NCBI GenBank assembly: GCA_025454495.1 | Contig: JALOOI010000001.1 | Span: 18,415 to 82,414 of the forward strand | Reading direction: 5' to 3' | DNA from: Anaerolineae bacterium | GTDB taxonomy: Bacteria; Chloroflexota; Anaerolineae; Aggregatilineales; Phototrophicaceae | DNA: 64,000 bases | In this document: piece after piece, positions 62,528 to 64,000 of the stretch | Layout: each line of letters starts with the position of its first letter | Numbering within the stretch: the first letter of the stretch is position 1 | Made by a program: the position numbers and the translations under genes | The notes under the pieces: generated by a model | Seen by the model: the letters and a program-made list of their open reading frames with translations, nothing else | What the model was told of the DNA's origin: nothing | The model's database searches: none

Positions 62528-63943
62528 TTAATTTTGCGGGACGTAATTCGTCCAGTTGTCGTAGATTTCGATGCCCTCCTGGCTGTTTTCGCGCAGGGTG
62601 GCCAGCCATTTGCTAAAGAGCTGCCCGGTGATCTGGTTGCGTTCCGCTTCCGGCACTTCGCGGTCTTCCCGCGCCCGCACCTGGATGATGTGGAAGCCGA
62701 ATTCACTTTCCACCGGCCCCACCACCGCGCCGATCTCAGCATCGCGCACGGCCTGCTCAAACGGAGCGACGTAATTGGCCGCCGGCGACCAGCCCAGTTC
62801 GCCGCCATTCGCGCCGGAGCCGGTATCCTGCGAGGCGGCCCGCGCCAGGTCGGCGAAGGACTCGCCTGCCTGAAGCGCCGCCAGGATTTCCTGGGCTTCT
62901 TCCGTGGTGTTCACCAGGATATGCCGGGCGTTGACGTACAGCGTGGTATTGCCCTCACCCAGCAGCGACTGACCGATGGCCTCGCGCAGGGCCTGCTGGC
63001 GGAAGTAATTGTCGATCACGCTCTGGCCAATGCGGGCGCTGCTGCTGAGGTTGTCGCGGTAGTTGCGCACATTGGCTTCGTAGGTCGCCTGCACCTCGGC
63101 CGCCGCCAGCGTGGGCGAAGGCGCAATCGTCGGTGCCTGCGGTGGTGTCGCCTCCGGCGTGGCCTCGGCGGTGGCTTCGCCCGTCGCCTCCGCCGTCACT
63201 TCCGGGGTGGGAGTCAGCGTCGGAGTCGGAGTCGGGGTCAGCGTGGGCAGGGGGGTCGGCGTGGGCGACACAAAGGGCGTGGGGGTGATGGTTGGCTCGG
63301 TGGTGGCGGTGGGTTCCGCGCCGATGAGCGCCGTTTGTGTGGGATCGTAGCCGAAAAATTCGTCAATGCTGCCCTGCACGGCCGCGCTATCGACGGTGAT
63401 ATTCAGCCGGGTCGCTTCCTGTTCCACCAGCAGCGCATCCACCATTTCATTCAACACGCGCTGCCCCAGTTGATCGGGGAAGCCCAGTTCGCTCGTCCAC
63501 GTCTGGTACTGTTCGTACTGCGGGCCGAAGAACTGCTGCAAAAACTGGTCAAGCTGCTGCTGGTCGGTCACGCCGAACTGCTGCGCGAGCTGCTGGGCCT
63601 GCTGTTCAAAGCCCTGGGCCAGGCTGGTGATGCGGGCGCGTTCAAAACGCACCTGGTCGCGGAACTGAGCGACGGTGATGGCCTGGCCATTCACGCGGGC
63701 CACCGCCTGACCGGGCACAAGCACCTGGTCAATGATGAGGGCGATGAGCACGATGACGGCTACCAGGCCGCTGAGGCCCAGCACAAAACGCAAAATGAGC
63801 CGGTTGAAGGCTTCATCGCGTTCTGTGCGGCTCTGCGGGTTGCCGAGCAGCCGATCCATAAAATTTTGCGGTTCGGCGGGCTGGTTGGAAGCAGCTTTTT
63901 TGGCCTGCTGCATCCCGCTGATGGTTTGCCGCCTTCTCGTCAT
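62528..63943 (-). CDS. Membrane-anchored parvulin-type peptidyl-prolyl isomerase (SurA/PrsA-like)
   Basis: N-terminal TM, SurA-N-like helical region, PT-rich linker, PpiC domain (ARHILV...GGELGW...FGFHIIQV). Confidence 0.75.
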   Translation of the reverse strand: MTRRRQTISGMQQAKKAASNQPAEPQNFMDRLLGNPQSRTERDEAFNRLILRFVLGLSGLVAVIVLIALIIDQVLVPGQAVARVNGQAITVAQFRDQVRFERARITSLAQGFEQQAQQLAQQFGVTDQQQLDQFLQQFFGPQYEQYQTWTSELGFPDQLGQRVLNEMVDALLVEQEATRLNITVDSAAVQGSIDEFFGYDPTQTALIGAEPTATTEPTITPTPFVSPTPTPLPTLTPTPTPTLTPTPEVTAEATGEATAEATPEATPPQAPTIAPSPTLAAAEVQATYEANVRNYRDNLSSSARIGQSVIDNYFRQQALREAIGQSLLGEGNTTLYVNARHILVNTTEEAQEILAALQAGESFADLARAASQDTGSGANGGELGWSPAANYVAPFEQAVRDAEIGAVVGPVESEFGFHIIQVRAREDREVPEAERNQITGQLFSKWLATLRENSQEGIEIYDNWTNYVPQN

Positions 63944-64000
63944 AAGCTCTACTCCTGCTGGTCAGCCGCGCCGGACAGCAGAGGGCCCCGCGCGATCAGG

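Overview
This is a 64 kb high-GC (roughly 65-70%) bacterial chromosomal window. It is densely coding with mostly short or overlapping intergenic gaps, often ATGA/GTGA stop-start overlaps. Many secreted proteins carry Pro/Thr-rich linkers and there is an FhaA/FhaB-RodA-PBP2 cluster; from this I infer a Chloroflexota-like lineage, but only from the sequence. I read about 58 protein genes from the ORF track. The starts of 31 of them (of 58 CDS calls) were moved from the longest ORF to an internal Met, or the call begins in an ORF not starting with Met (the partial CDS at 1..204), usually on ribosome-binding-site or N-terminal homology grounds; the leftmost 5' gene is truncated by the window edge. 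I also found one tRNA-Arg(CCG), a T-box leader with an intrinsic terminator and a sigma70-like promoter in front of trpE, and a few further candidate promoters. Housekeeping genes I recognise from motifs: purA, aspartokinase, glnA, aroQ, trpEGDCFBA, greA, dprA, topA, rimM, a KH protein, rpsP, ffh, murJ, rodA, PBP2, mtnP, manC. I found no rRNA, CRISPR array, transposase or integrase. The five observations I rate highest: (1) a single-gene TIR domain fused to an FGE-sulfatase (SUMF1-like) domain, a candidate sensor-effector; (2) a trp supraoperon in which the seven trp genes are interleaved with six unrelated genes, all apparently under one T-box; (3) one of those inserts is an HNH nuclease with an unknown N-terminal domain whose 3' end overlaps the trpD start by 32 nt; (4) a membrane protein with three perfect 84-bp in-frame tandem repeats; (5) a topoisomerase I with an N-terminal zinc ribbon plus a histone-like Lys/Ala tail. 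All domain calls are from motif recognition by eye. No database search was run.
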